Below are positions 1 to 24,266 of a stretch of DNA of 64,000 bases, piece after piece. The position numbers were made by a program, and so were the translations under genes. Every line of letters starts with the position of its first letter. Within the stretch, counting starts at the first letter, position 1. Where the stretch lies: positions 4,836,001 to 4,900,000 of the forward strand of contig NC_087462.1 in assembly GCF_036321535.1 (NCBI RefSeq), written 5' to 3'. This DNA comes from Camelus dromedarius. Its lineage: Eukaryota. The notes under the pieces are model-generated. The model was not told where the DNA came from. It saw only the letters and a program-made list of their open reading frames with translations, and did not search any database.

Positions 1-1441
1 CTTGATCAAGGTAAAAAGGAAACAAAATACAGATTAAAAATGCGTTTTCTTCGCGGTGGGTTTTTCCCCCACAGAACTGAAGACTTTGGGAGAGCTTGGG
101 ATTATAAACGACTTGTTGTGAAGCTTCAAGTTTCTGTTTCGTTTTCAACCACGAACTCATTCAGAACATGGCAGTGAAGTCTCCGGGAAATCCCAAGGTG
201 TAAACAAATCAAAGCAAAGCAGACCTAGGGCTTTGTTCCTGCCGCTGAGGGTGGCCCCTGAGATGCCCCTCGGTGGATGACCTTCATCCCTCGGGCTGTT
301 GAGGTGACACACATGATTGCAGGGGGCCACACCGCCCTGGGAACTGCCCCTCCAGAGCCACACACTCTGCCTTGGGTGCCACGGCAGATGCAAAACCCAC
401 CTCAATCTAAGCCTTTGCCCCTCCCTCACCTCCTCCCCATCTGGTCCCCATGTGTCCCCCGCAGCCCATGGAATGAGCCACACCTGTCTCCTGCCCAGCA
501 GTGTGCAGGTGCTCACAGCCCAGAACCGAGTCAGAGGGTCAGACAAGGCCCCACCTCCCATGTCCCAGGAGGTCCTCCCAAGTCAGGACCCTTGGGCGCT
601 GTCAGCAGCCCCACACAGCCTTACCACCTGTGGCCTTTGCCCCAAGAACTTTACCCTGGAGTGATGTCCAACAGCTGCCGGTCAAGACTTAAGGATGACG
701 GGTTTTTAAACTTCACTCCATTATCCTTGCAGTGGATAGACGTGAGCAGGGGAGCGTCATGTGGGGGCCTGGATTCATCTGGTGATGGGCGGTGGGAGAG
801 GCCACCCGACATCGTGAGCCGGTAGGACCGCGAAGTGGGAGAGGGTCCAAATGAGGCAGAGGGAAATGGAGACAGCCCTCCGTCCCCGGCATCTCACCAG
901 CCCCGGTGACTCCTCTGGTCCTCCTGAGAAGTGGCTCTCTGCGATCGCTGGCACTCCTGACACGCACGGGAGAGCAGTGGGAGCAGAAAAGCAGAATATG
1001 TGATGTGCCCCAGAGAGCACAGGAAGCTGCCCTCGGCCCCTGCCAAGGAGTGGCTTCAGTGACCGCATCATGGGCGCTCAGCCAGCGGCGTATGCCAGCA
1101 GCCACCAGGGAGCAGGCCCACCCGGTTCTGGAAGGTCCCGACAGCCGTCATCGGGGTTAGGGTCTGCACGCGTGCACGTGTGCGTGCGCGTTAGACAACC
1201 CTGTCTTCCTGACAGGTTTTAGAGGGCCCCTCATTTTGCAGCAGGTGAGGCTGCCTTTGCCTTTGTGGCCCTTCTGTGTGCAGTGGGCGGTCCCTGCTTT
1301 CAAGTATCTGGTGAAGCGGCAAAGAAAAGGTCCCCGTGAGCCGGAAAAGGAAGGACTCTCGGCCCCAGTATCCAGCCGCTGACTGATTTGGCAGGAGATA
1401 GGATGTCAGTACAGCATGGCCTTGTCTTCTCCATTTCGTAG

Positions 1442-12930
<11,489 letters not shown>

Positions 12931-14907
12931 GGGGCGTGGCCCGAGGTGCAGGCCCCTCCCTGTGCTGCCCTCCCACCGTGTTCTCTGGGACCCGCCCCAC
13001 TGTCTCTCTCCCCTTCCCAAACAGGCCTCCATCCACGACCACCTGGCCAGGGCGTGGCAGGGCTGGTCTGAGTCTCTCTCTGTAGGATTAGCAGTGGTGC
13101 CTGGGCAACTTTGTAAACCTATTTTTTTTATACAAAAAGGAAAGTTTTTAATCGAAGATTGAACCAGAGCTAACCCAAGAGCTGTGAGTGCAGCACCCCG
13201 TTTGGGTAGGGGGGAGATCAACTGCAGGCTGTCCTTCCACGGGAGTGACCGGCGGTGGTGGGTCCGCGAGGAGCACGGTGACAGGCCAGGCCCGTGGCCT
13301 GAGGAGGTGCTGGCTCCGGGCTAGGCTCCACAGCTACCAGAAGGCACTGCTGGCGCCAGAAGGGCCTAGTGGTATCAGCTCTGTCCACAGAATCAGGCAG
13401 AGCTGCTTCCAAAGCAGAGGTCTGCATGTGTTCATGGTGGGCCTCCAGGCCAGGACGGGAGCCCGGACAAGGGGTGGCACACAGCGCCCCCAGGACGGAG
13501 GGCCACAGGGCAGGGCAGCTGGAGAGGTTGGCGGCGGTGTGCTCGGCAGGCTCTGTAGGTGCACAAGGTCGTCCTGGAAGGGCCTGACCGTCACTCATTT
13601 TTATTTGGTGGAGGTTTTTAAGACCTGCTGTTGTCAAACTTGGTGCTTTCCAGAGGCACCGCACCAAGGCGGCATGGTTCTGTGGGCGTCTTGGACACCA
13701 GGCACCCAGGAAGCCAAGACCAGAGCTTCAGCCAGGGCTGGCACACACCCAAGGGTCCCAGCCCAGGCGGAGGGGCCTGAGTCCCTGTGAGACAGGCCAG
13801 TTGTCCCAGGGCTGCCAGGGGGAGCCCCCAGGCTCATATCCCCAGCCAAGGGGCAGGTGCTGGGACCATGCAGAGCAGTGGGGTGAAACGCTAGAGCGAT
13901 CACACGTGGCCTAGTCGGTGACTTTTGCCAGCGAGCGGACAGATGGCCACCTGGCAGGCACCTCCACGTCTAGTGAGCTGTCACAGCTCATGGTCAACTT
14001 CCCCTGGAGGAGGGCGAGGGCCACCAGTCCAGCCTCTCGGCCATAGGTGTTGGAGATGTTGTCACATGTCCAGGAACAGTCCAGCGGTGGCAAGAGGTCA
14101 GATTCCTGTTCCAGCTCTGGCCACACTCAAGCTTGGGTGCCGGGGGTGGGGGGTGTCCCAGCCTTCTCCTCTACCCCTGACTCCCCCATGGAACCCAGAG
14201 TCTTCTGAAGCCACGGAACTTCCCAAAGCACTGGTGGAAGACTGGGTCCTCGGTGGAGCAGGAGCCTGGGCCCAGCAGGGGTGAGGCGACACGGCCAGCT
14301 GGTGACAAGGAACTGGCAGCAGGTCCGGACCTCTCCCGAGCCCGGTAACTGCCCTGGCGTCTTCAGCTCCTCTGAGAACCTCCCCAGCCTCACCCTTGCC
14401 TGCGGGCCCGCAGCACCAGCAAGGAGCCAGGAGCAGCGTCGTCCCCCACGACACGAGCGAGCTCCTCCGTGCCACACCGACAGTCAGTGTTTGTGTTTTG
14501 TACTGAGACGCATTGGAGCACTTTAAAAAGTTGACTTTTAGTTCCCGTCCTATTGTGAAGAGGACATTCCTGGGCCATGCGGCCCCACCCACGGGCTCCA
14601 TCTGACCCTCCGAGAGGATTCCTTGGGCGATAAGGAGTTCAAGGAGGTTTCTGACCAGTGCCAGCGGCTGGGCAGCACCGTGGGCACATCCCTCCCCGAA
14701 CCGCAAGGTCACTCCTGGGTCGAGCCCAGTGTTATCTGTAAAGTTGGTGGTTGAGCAAATGTTCTGATTTCTGTGGGATCTGTGCACGTCTTTGTTAATT
14801 GTGACCACGATCTTAGTCCACCAGACAATTATTTCTACAATGATCGCAGCGTTTCCTCACTGCAGGGTATTTCAGAACCACTCTAGAACTTAAGACCTGA
14901 TTCTAGC

Positions 14908-14913
14908 AATAAA
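14908..14913 (+). terminator. Poly(A) signal AATAAA closing the ~2-kb ARHGEF18 3' UTR
   Basis: Canonical AATAAA following an AU-rich UTR, with GT-containing sequence downstream; assignment to ARHGEF18 is positional. Confidence 0.7.
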
Positions 14914-17151
14914 AGTGTCTGAGATGAGCTGACCGGGGTGGCTGTTCTTTGGGGTTTAGTTTTAGGATAATCTGTCCAAACGTTGGTGCTGTAGTGGTGC
15001 ATTCTGGCAGGGGCCCCCTCAGGCCCTCTGCTGCAGGAGGCCCCTGGGAAGGCCTGGTCACCAGGCTGGGATGTCCCGTCCCTCCTGGCTGGCCCCAGGA
15101 CACCACAGCAGCCGCCTCAGCTGCTGTCACCTCTCCTGCTGAGGGCAGGCATCAGCCCCGTGCACCACTCCCCCTGCCTGGAGGCTGGGACACATACCAG
15201 GCAAGTGACACAGCCCCCCCAGCCCTGCTTGGCACCAGCTCAGACCAGTGATTAGATCAGCCGCACAGAGAGCCTAGGCCAGGCCGCCCCCTCTGGTTCT
15301 CTGCAAAGCCCCAGACAGTGATGGCATCTGGACATTCAAGGTTGGAGGCAGTGGCAGTGCCAAGGTGGCCTCGGTAGCCCCTAGCAGCCTCCCACATGAG
15401 GCCAAGGTGCAGAGAATGCCGCCGAGTCCTCCTGCCCTGGCTGGGTTCCCTCCCATTTAGGCCCATCCCTGTCGTCTTGGGATGTCAGCCTCCTCACAAG
15501 GTGCGGCCCTGCTGGCTTCCGGGCGCTCCGGGGCCGCCAGCTTCCCTGCTCATTGACGGAGCTGTTTGCCACAGGTGCGCTCCCCGCGTCCTGCTTAACA
15601 GCTGGAGATCCTTCACGGCCCAGTCCCTCGAACTGGCTTGCTTGCTTCACCCCAACCTGACGGCCAGCCCCGGGAAGGGCCCTGGGCAGGGGATGTGGCG
15701 CACTCCAGGCAGAGCCAGCCCCGGCTCCACCGCCCAGCCCTCCCGGCTGTGCCCAAGGCTGCGCCCGGCCCTACTGCCCAGGCCCGTGGGGACGCCAGCC
15801 TTTGGGGGTACCTGTGACACACCCAGCTGTTCACGTGGCTCCCTGATAAACACGCTGTCTTACAGGTGTTAACTCACTCAGTCTCCAGACAGGCAGGCAG
15901 GTGCTGCTCCGACCCCTACGCTAATCTTGCAGGTGCCCCTGGGCGCTGGGAGGGGGTCTCTGCTGAGGCAAAGCATGCCCCCCTTACAGGAGGGGAGAGG
16001 GAGGCTCGCCGGGCCCGGCGCCTCCAGAGGGCCCCCAGGTGGAAGGGCAGGGGGCTTCGGCCAGGGGTGTCTCCTGCACCCCGTGCCACCTGAGCAGCCC
16101 TCCATCCCAGCCATTCCGAGCCACGTCCCTTTATGAAAGAACAAAATGTGGCTGACACCACAGGAGACTTCGGGGGCTGTAAACGCTGCCATTGGTTGGC
16201 TCTTCGGGCGCCTGTGAGATGAGGGGGGGAGCCCAACGCCCCCGCCTTCCCGCCGGGGCCCAGACGCGGAGGTCACAGGAGTGAGGGGCGGGTGCGGGCC
16301 AGCCACCAGCCACCACCGCCGCCCGAGGCCACACACACGCAGCCTCCCAAACGTCAGACTGGAAAAGCAGCTTGTCCCGTCCCCGGGCGCTCCCCACGGG
16401 CAGGGAGACGGAGCCTCGGGCATCTCCACAGGCGCTGGGAGCCCACGAGATGCTCAGACCGGCCCCAAATGGCCACGGCAACCCTGGCAACTACCCTGAC
16501 CCTGTAGCTGAGTGGGCGATGCTTCAGCCACGACACGCATTCCGAGATGCCCAGGGGCACAGACGGGGGCCTGGCCCGGCCCGGCAGAGGCGACATCCAC
16601 GGCCGGGGTGCCTGAGCCCGCGAAGTGGGAGAGCTGCCCTCGGTGGGGTCAGCAGCGAGAGAATGTTCCAGAAGGTGGGCAAGGAGGTATGGCTTCCCAC
16701 TGTAGCTCCATGAGGCACAGGGTTGCCCCACCGGGCCAGGGAGAAGTGTGAAGGACAGGCCGCAGGCGGCGGGGTGGGAGTTTAGGAATAAGCTCTGACA
16801 CCTGGCTGGGCACCAGCACCACAGCATTTCATTGATTCTCATTTCAGCTTTCCTCACGCTGTCCCGGCCCCCCTGCTCGCCTCAGTTAGAATACAGGCCT
16901 CTGGCCTGCAGCAGCCTTTTCCCCTGCACGCCAGTCTCGGGGCCTTACCACTCTGCTCAGGAGAAGCCTCCCCCGCAGAGCTGGGTCTGGGGGACCTCGC
17001 CGGCACACCCTGCGCATCCTCGGCTGCATCTCCCCGCACCTGGCCTTGATTTGCTTGATTAGAGAACCGGCCCCCTCCCGGGTGATCACTGCTCCGCGGG
17101 GAGGGGCCCCCATCAGGGTTCTGGTTGTGTCTGAGGACTCCCCAGGCCGTG

Positions 17152-20100
17152 TCAGGAGGCGGCGTCAGCCTGGCCACTGGCCTGGACTGCCTGGTACACG
17201 CTGAGGAGGGAGGAGACGGTGCCCAGGAGGCCCACCAGCCACGGGGGGAAGCGGCCGGCCCACAGGACGCCCGGGGGCAGCCAGTGCACCGCGTTCGCCA
17301 GGTCAGCCAGGTTGCTCAGAAGAGCCAGCGCCTCCGACCGGATCTGGGCCTCCACGGTCCTCCGCTTGCCCCGAGGCCGCTGGCTGCGGGAGCAAAGAGG
17401 GGGGCTCAGGGAAGGCCAGGAGGCACCCAAGCCTAGCCGCAGGGGCAGGGTTGAGGAGTGCTGGGGAGTCGGGAGGGCTGGTGGGGTCTCTCAGGGGGAC
17501 CATGTCGTGGTCACACCCGCCAGAGGGAGCCCACGGCGTGAACAGAGCACAGCCCGGCGTGGGGTCTCAGGTCTACACCTCCGTCCTCCCAAACCTCCAG
17601 AGTTGGGCAGGGAAGTGGGCAAGTTCTGGGCATACGCCAGGCTGGGACCTACCCCATGTTCCTTCCTGACCCTGGTCCTCAGGAAACTGGCTCCATCCCC
17701 CATCTTCCTCCCTGATGGGGGGGTGGCTGGGAAGGCTCAGCCCTGGAGTCCTGGCTCTGCCACCTCCTGTCTACGGGGCCTCAAGTAAGCCTCAGTTTCC
17801 CCAGCTGTAAAAGTGCCACCATCCACCTGGAGGCTGCAGGGAGGCCCCATGACCTGGCCCACATCACACCCCAGCACGGGGCCTGTGCAGGGCAGGGCTG
17901 ACCACTGGTGACTGAGCACCTCCCTGGCTGGGGAAAGCCAGGGGGGACCCCAGACTGCGGGAGGAAGTCAGCCTTTCTCCTGGGCGAAACCCCGGGCATC
18001 GTACCTGGTGAAGGCCGCCGGGGGGCTCCTCAGCCTCTGTCTCAGCTTCAGGACCATCCACAAGGACCTGCAACACCACAGAGGCTGGGGCAGGAGCGGC
18101 AGGGGAGGCTCGTCCCTAACGCAGACCCCCACCTGCCCACGTCGTAGGTTCGGGAGTGTCCAGTGCTTCTGACACGGCCAACCAGGCCCCAGCCCACCTC
18201 TGCGAACTACTGGCCCGGGACCACGGCTCAAAGGAACATCGTGCCACACGGGGTGTCTACGGCCCTGCTGGGAGGCCGCCCCTCTAGACGAGGCTGATTC
18301 CCCTCCCTGCACCCTGGCTGGCTCACCTGGTAAATGTGGACCAGAGGAGCACCGTGGCTGTCCCCTCCCCCTGACACAACCAACCTGTCTGAGGTGAGTC
18401 GGAACAACCTTCTGGACCCTGAGGGCTGGTGTGTGAGACTGAGGAAGTGGCCGCCAGGAGGGCGTCCTCCAGTGCTCCCTGGGGACTCTGGCCCTGCACG
18501 ATGTCCACCCAGGCTGCTCCGCCCCGCCCTTGCACCCTGCACCATGGGCTGTGGGGAGTGTCGGTGAGGGAACATGCCCAGTCCTGCCCAGTGGAGGGCT
18601 GACCCCAGCCAGACTTCCTGACTGGGAGGTCCAGGACCTGGTCCCATCTCCCCAGCCACTGTGTGCCCATCCAGGTGACATGTCCTGAGGGCAGGGGACA
18701 CAGGGCAGCACCACTTGGGGAACTTAGAGCAAAATGCTGACTCCCAGGCCCCCAGGCCCAAAGAATCAGAACCTCTGGGTGCCTGAGCCTGGTATCTGCC
18801 TGTCAACACCCTCCCAGGTGACCGACTCTCTAGCACCCTGGGGTCTTAAGGACCCCTGGTCGTTGGTGAGTACACACCAAATGCTCCCCAACCCCCACAC
18901 CCGTGGCCGTGCCACACACAGAGAAATGATGGGAAAACTAGATGCTCTAAAAATGAACGGAAGAATAGAGCACAGAGGATTTCAGGGCGGTGAAAATACT
19001 CTGTGTGGCACTTGTCCGGTGGGTATGTGTCATTATACACTTGTCCAAACCCAGAGAATGTACAACACCAAGACTGAACTCGAACGTCAGCCACGGACCT
19101 GGGCTGATTATGCTGTAATAAATGTAGCCCTCCGGTGCCAGGTTGACAGTGGGGGAGGCCGTGCAGGGCTGGGGGTATGTGGGAACTCTTACTTTCCACT
19201 CAGTTTTGCTGGGAACCTAAAACTGCTCTAGAAAAACAAAGTCCATTTGAGAAAAAAAATGAATGGAACTAAGGCTGCCCCTAAAGCAGGAACGGGAAGT
19301 CTCTTGGAGCCGAGGGCACAAGGCGCACGGAGGAGAGGCCCTGAGCCGGGGCCCCCAGGGAGCTGAGCCCCAGGGCGTCCGGAGCACGGCCCACGGACCA
19401 CCGGAGGCCCCGAGCATGCACATGGACACCGTGACTGTGAGGGGAGCGGGCCTCAAGGGGGAGCCGTGTCAGGGAAGCAAGGAGAGCAGAGGTAAGTAAA
19501 ACTGAGTCAGCAGTGTGAGCTCAAAGGCTTGGAGGACTCACTGAAGCGTAAAGAGTGGGCAGCTCTGGGCTGGATGACGGGGTGAGCTGAACAAAACCCA
19601 AAGTGAAAGATTCATTGGCATTCAAGTAGCAGCAGACACAGGCACTGCCAAGCACCCCAGGGTCCGAGGCCGCCCCTCTTCCCCTCACGGATATGAGAGC
19701 CCTTTACTGCCCTGAACTCGGGCCCTGGAGGCACTGCTTCGCCTCTGCTTTCTGGGGCAGGAGACTCTGAACAAAGCCACCCAGAAAATCTGTCGAGGGG
19801 AAGATGTTTGGGAGGAAACCATTATTAGAAACCTTATGGGGTTTTTGGAAGCACAGAGCCAGTTTAGAAACTCCTGGCTGTTTTATCTGAGGTTTGCTGA
19901 TGACAACGCAAGCAGGACTTGGGGACCCGGGTGAAGGCAGCTACGTGAGCTACTTCTGTCCAGGCTCCAGAGTTCTTTTTCCTGGGTCCTGTGGGCACAG
20001 TCACGCCCCGGCCCCCAAAAGATGTACGGACTTCCTAGTCCCTGGCACCGGTGATCTGTTCCCTGGCACGGCAAAAAGGACTCTTTGCAGATGGGACTGA

Positions 20101-23100
20101 GCTCAGGGGCTGGAGATGGGAGATGATAACGGGGGGGCCCAATCTAGTGTCACCTCAAGGGTCCTCATAAAAGGGAGGCAGGAGGCTCAAAGTCAGAGAT
20201 GTGGCAACAGAAGCAGAGGCTGCACCAGAAACTGACACAACATTGTAAACTGACTATACTGCAATTAAAAGAAAAAAGATTTTTTTAAAGTAAAAAAAAA
20301 AAATAAGCAGCAGCAGAGGCTGGAGCAGTGCACTTCAAGAATGGAGGAACGGGCCACCAGCCGAGGAATGCGGGCCGCCTCTAGAAGCTGGAAAAGGCCA
20401 GGGACAGAGGTCCCTGGGAACCTCCAGAAGGAACACAGCCCTGCCGACACCTTGATTTTTAGCCCAGCGAGACCCATGTAGGACTTCTGACCTTCAGAAC
20501 TGTTAGGATGATCTGTTTGTGTTGCTTAAAGCCACCAAGTTTGCGGTAATCTGTTTCAGCAGCAACAGGGGACAGATACAGCGAGGTGGTGACAGAAAGA
20601 GGAGAGGCAGGAGAGGAGAGACCCCTCCGCCTCCAGCCTGTCTGCCCGGCTGCCCAGGGGCCTGCCTGCGGGCAGCGACACCACTTACCTAGCAATCCCC
20701 AGGAGCAGGGAGAGGCCCCAGAAGGCTGTGCTCAGTGTCCACCACCAGGCAGAGTCCACGTGGAGGATTTTGGCATCAGAAGCCCAGGCGATGTGCTCAC
20801 AGGGGTAGTAGAGCTGGTCAGCCAGGTTTCCCAGGACAGACACACAGCGCACAAAGATGTCCTCTTCCTGCAGGACCGGGAGAGAAGGGGCGGGGGGGTG
20901 GGCCTGGGGTCAGACCTACCCACTGCCCATTTTAGGGGCCCAGGCCATGCCAGGTGGCAGTCACAGGGCACTGTCCAAGCCTGGCAGGCCGGCCCATGGC
21001 TGGCCCTGCAGGAGAAGGCTCGATTTCTGCCTCCCAGCTGTATGGTCAACACTGCCCAGTGGAGCAGTGGGTCTCAATTCAGCCACACAGTGGAATCCCT
21101 GGGGGGCTTCAAAAATCCCACACCACAATTTTTTTAAGTTCCCAGACGATTCCCACGTAGGACAACTTGGGATGCCCTGCATCAGAGCCTTCCTACCCCG
21201 AAGGCTGCCAGTTCTTGTTCTTGTTCTGGTGAGGGATATCCCAGATGCAAAGGGCCCTCCACCCACTGCCTGGAGACTCAGGGGAGCCCTCACAGAGGAG
21301 GTGGGGGGCAGTCCTCCGGGGATTCACCACAAGCACACTCTAATCAAAGAGGAGGCTGGAGAGATGGGCGTCAAAACAGGTCCAGGGAAACACATGAGAC
21401 TTGGGATGATCAGGCCACAGGCTCTGGGGCTGGATAGGGGAGCATCTGAGTAAGGGGCTCAGAGCGGAGACCCAGGAGAGCAGGGGGAACAGGCAGGGCA
21501 GCCCAGGAATGGGCATGACTTGGCCAGGCTGGCCCTGGGCAGCTTCTCAGCCCACCCCCTGGGGGGAACAAGCTTGTCCCCAGGGGAGGAGCACTGCTCT
21601 AGACCTACCAGAACTCCTGTGGAAGGATGCGGTGCAGTTGTAACAGCAAAATATTGTAATCTCCCAAGTCAACAGGGAGCGGTTAAATACATCACCATCT
21701 GGCCATATGGCAGAGTACTATGTGGTCATAAAGAAGAAAAAAGCTCCTTTTGGACTGACGTGGGATGACCTCCAAGTCGTAGTGTTAAGTGAAAAAAGCG
21801 AGTGGCAGAACAGTGTAAATGACACACAACTATTTACGTCAACAATGTGTATTTGCCCGTGAAGTTACAGATCTCATGAAAAAAACACGGGAAGCTGACA
21901 ACAGTGGCTGCCTCTGAGGAGGAAAACTGAGGGCTGGGGGATCAGGAAAGAGAGAGATTTTTTAAGTACACAGTTTTTTGGAATGTGCAAACCTACTAGC
22001 TATTTTTTTTAATTTAAATTGAAATGAGAACATTTGATTGTCTCAAAAAACAAGTGAAACTGAAAACAATAATAAACCGCCCCTGCAGTTGCTTTTATAA
22101 AGACAAGTCCATAAGGCACTGGCTTCCCGGGGTCTGCACCCCCTCCCTACGGCCCCACGCACCCCATTACCTCTGTCCCCAGGCCGTACTGCTTAGTGTA
22201 GACAAACATGGCCGCATCATCAAAGAGTCGCAGGATGGTCCTGCAATGGCTGAATTGGGAAGACAGTGCCAGCAGGCGCGTCCCCACTTCTGACCTGGCA
22301 GATTGTTCCACCAGGATCCCGCCCACCAGCTGGCAGCAGTACCCCAGCGTTCGGATCTGTGGGAAACCAGAGGCAGTCAGTGTGGCCCTGATCACCCCTG
22401 ACCTGGCCGTGGGCCCCGTGGGATCGAGTGGGAGGAAGAGTCTAAATCAACAAACTTCCAGTAAAAGCCAAAAGTTTCAAAAGATATTTGTAGGTGGGAC
22501 AAGTGGAGAAACATATCATTGTCCAAAAGGCATTGCGGAGACTAATGGGACTGCTGGCTCATGTCACCAAGGGGCACAGCCTTTGGAGACCAAGGTAATG
22601 GGGACAAGAAAAAGAAAACCCCATTTGCCACCTCCTGGATCTTTTTCCCAACAGTCAGGAGGACTAGGTGGAAATGTATATTTGCATCTATCTGGCTGGA
22701 CCAAAGCCCGTGGCTGGGCTGGGGGGTGGGGAAGTGAGTGGGCATCAACCAAGTGGACAAAAGGATAATCTGCTTGTATTACTTTTGTGAGAAGGAACTC
22801 ACTACTCACTGGGGGGTTAGGGGCACTGTGAACTACGTTTATTTATTTCATCTGCTTTTCAGAAGCTGCTCTTCCCTGTTGTTTTATATATTATTTTTAC
22901 TTGTAATTGCTCTCCAGAGCCTTTGGAATAGCAAAATGCTGCAACTTAAATGTCCGGCTTGGGGGGATTTGTTAAAACCTGAATGCCCAATCACAGTGGA
23001 TTTGGTTGGATCTAAATGCCCAGCCACTGATACGTTCCCTGATACAGCCTGAATGCCTACCTGTAAGAGACCGATTGGGACAAGCCCACAGTCTGACCTC

Positions 23101-23739
23101 AGAAGCCTGGAAGGAACAACCTAAATGCCCAGCCAGTGGAGATGGTGGTCAGAACTTAAACATCCAGCTGTAGGGGAAGCCCTGCAAAATCTTAAATCCC
23201 CATATGATAACTGTTTCAGATAACCCAGGGACTAACTACAGAGGCCCAGTCAGATCTTAAATATCCAACCATGAAGCTGTTTGGCATGGAAACAGCTTGA
23301 AGTGGTTGAAGTGGCCGGAACAACCTAAGTGCCCAGTTTGGTCAGAACCCAAATGTCCAGCCATAGGGGGAGCCCTGCAGCACCCTAAGTCCTCCCATGA
23401 CATTGTTTGGAACTCCCAACGGCCAATTTCAGTGATCCAGTCGGATCCCAAATGTGCAAACATGAGGATCTGGTTGTACGGTAAACGTTCAGTCGCACTG
23501 GGTTGGCCGGAACAATCTAAATGTCCACCGCTCGGGGACAGGGTTGGAGCCCAGCTCGGTCAGGGCCTCTGCCAGGGGGGGATCCTGAGTGACCCCGCTC
23601 CCTCTCTGGCCTCAGTTTCCCGGTCTCTGAGCTCCGGCCCGACTCCGGGACCTCTGGCCGCGCTGCACCCCAGCCTCACCAGGCGGTCCCGGCCCCTGTA
23701 CGACTCCAGCGCCGACGCCAGACCGCTCAGGGCTGCCAT
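17152..23739 (-). CDS. PEX11G: Peroxisomal biogenesis factor 11 gamma, 239 aa, 5 exons
   Basis: Minus-strand exons 23680-23739 (MAALSGLASALESYRGRDRL), 22171-22356 (IRTLGYCCQLVGG...TKQYGLGTE), 20689-20867 (EEDIFVRCVSVLGNLADQLYYPCEH...), 18005-18067 (SLWMVLKLRQRLRSP), 17152-17383 (...ADLANAVHWLP...ADAAS*). All GT-AG, total 720 nt. Confidence 0.97.
18960..19260 (+). mobile_element. Old L1M 3' end
   Basis: GTGAAAATACTCTG...TGTCATTATACACTTGTCCAAACCCA...TATGTGGGAACTC...TTTTGCTGGGAACCTAAAACTGCTCT, then A-rich. Confidence 0.7.
20022..20570. mobile_element. MaLR (MLT1-type) LTR containing a tiny L1 tail insertion
   Basis: CTTTGCAGATG...GAGATGGGAGAT...CCAGAAGGAACACAGCCCTGCCGACACCTTGATTTT...AAGCCACCAAGTTTG. 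Confidence 0.8.
21650..22030 (+). mobile_element. Old L1M 3' fragment
   Basis: TTAAGTGAAAAAAGC...CAACAGTGGCTGCCTCTG motifs typical of L1MC/L1ME 3' ends. Confidence 0.55.
22940..23550. repeat. Degenerate ~33-36-bp tandem array with ~192-bp higher-order period (PEX11G intron 1)
   Basis: At least 13 copies of the yCTAAATGyCCA-like core; block duplications 23109-23270, 23314-23460 and from 23504. Confidence 0.75.
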
Positions 23740-24000
23740 GGCGACTCCGCCGTGACGTCCCCGCGACTTCGGCGCGCCGCGCCAGGGGGAGGGCCCCGCG
23801 AGAGGCCACGCCCCCCCCCGGGAACGTTGTGCGCAGGCGCGGCCGCGACCCTTTGTCCCGCAACCAGCCCTTTGTCTGCCGCATGGAGGGACAGGGTGTG
23901 CAGCTGTGGCGCCGCCACGTGTGCGCACCCCCGCTCCTTTGCACCCAGGAGGGCCCCGGGAGCTCGCAGCCTTCTGCCCCGCACTGGCTCGTCCTTTCAG
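23560..24000. promoter_or_regulatory. CpG island promoter of PEX11G
   Basis: CpG-dense, spans exon 1 and upstream; TGACGT CRE-like half site near 23753 and a CACGTG E-box near 23915. Confidence 0.75.
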
Positions 24001-24266
24001 AGTTAACCAGCTATCCACCAAAAAAATACATATTCCAAGCAAAAGCGCACCAGCCTGTTTACTGCGGTCCAAGAAGGGAAGCTTCTTTGTAATTTTTTTT
24101 CATCACCTTTCTGTATTGTCTGCTTGTCAATAGTGAGCACGTATGGCTGCTGTGATACCGTGTAAGGCATTATTAGAAAATTAAGGAAACGCATAGAATC
24201 CTTCTAGAAGAATAGGCAACAATCTGGTAACTGGAATTGCACCGGAAAGGATAACTGGGTGGCTGG

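Noticed and set aside
713-1160. Overlapping ORFs in the first kilobase as missing ARHGEF18 exons
   Set aside because: No resemblance to the DH-domain sequence expected upstream of KIGNF, and no convincing splice pair.
22940-23550. CRISPR-like repeat-spacer interpretation of periodic arrays
   Set aside because: Mammalian intronic context, highly degenerate units, related rather than unique spacers, and no cas genes.
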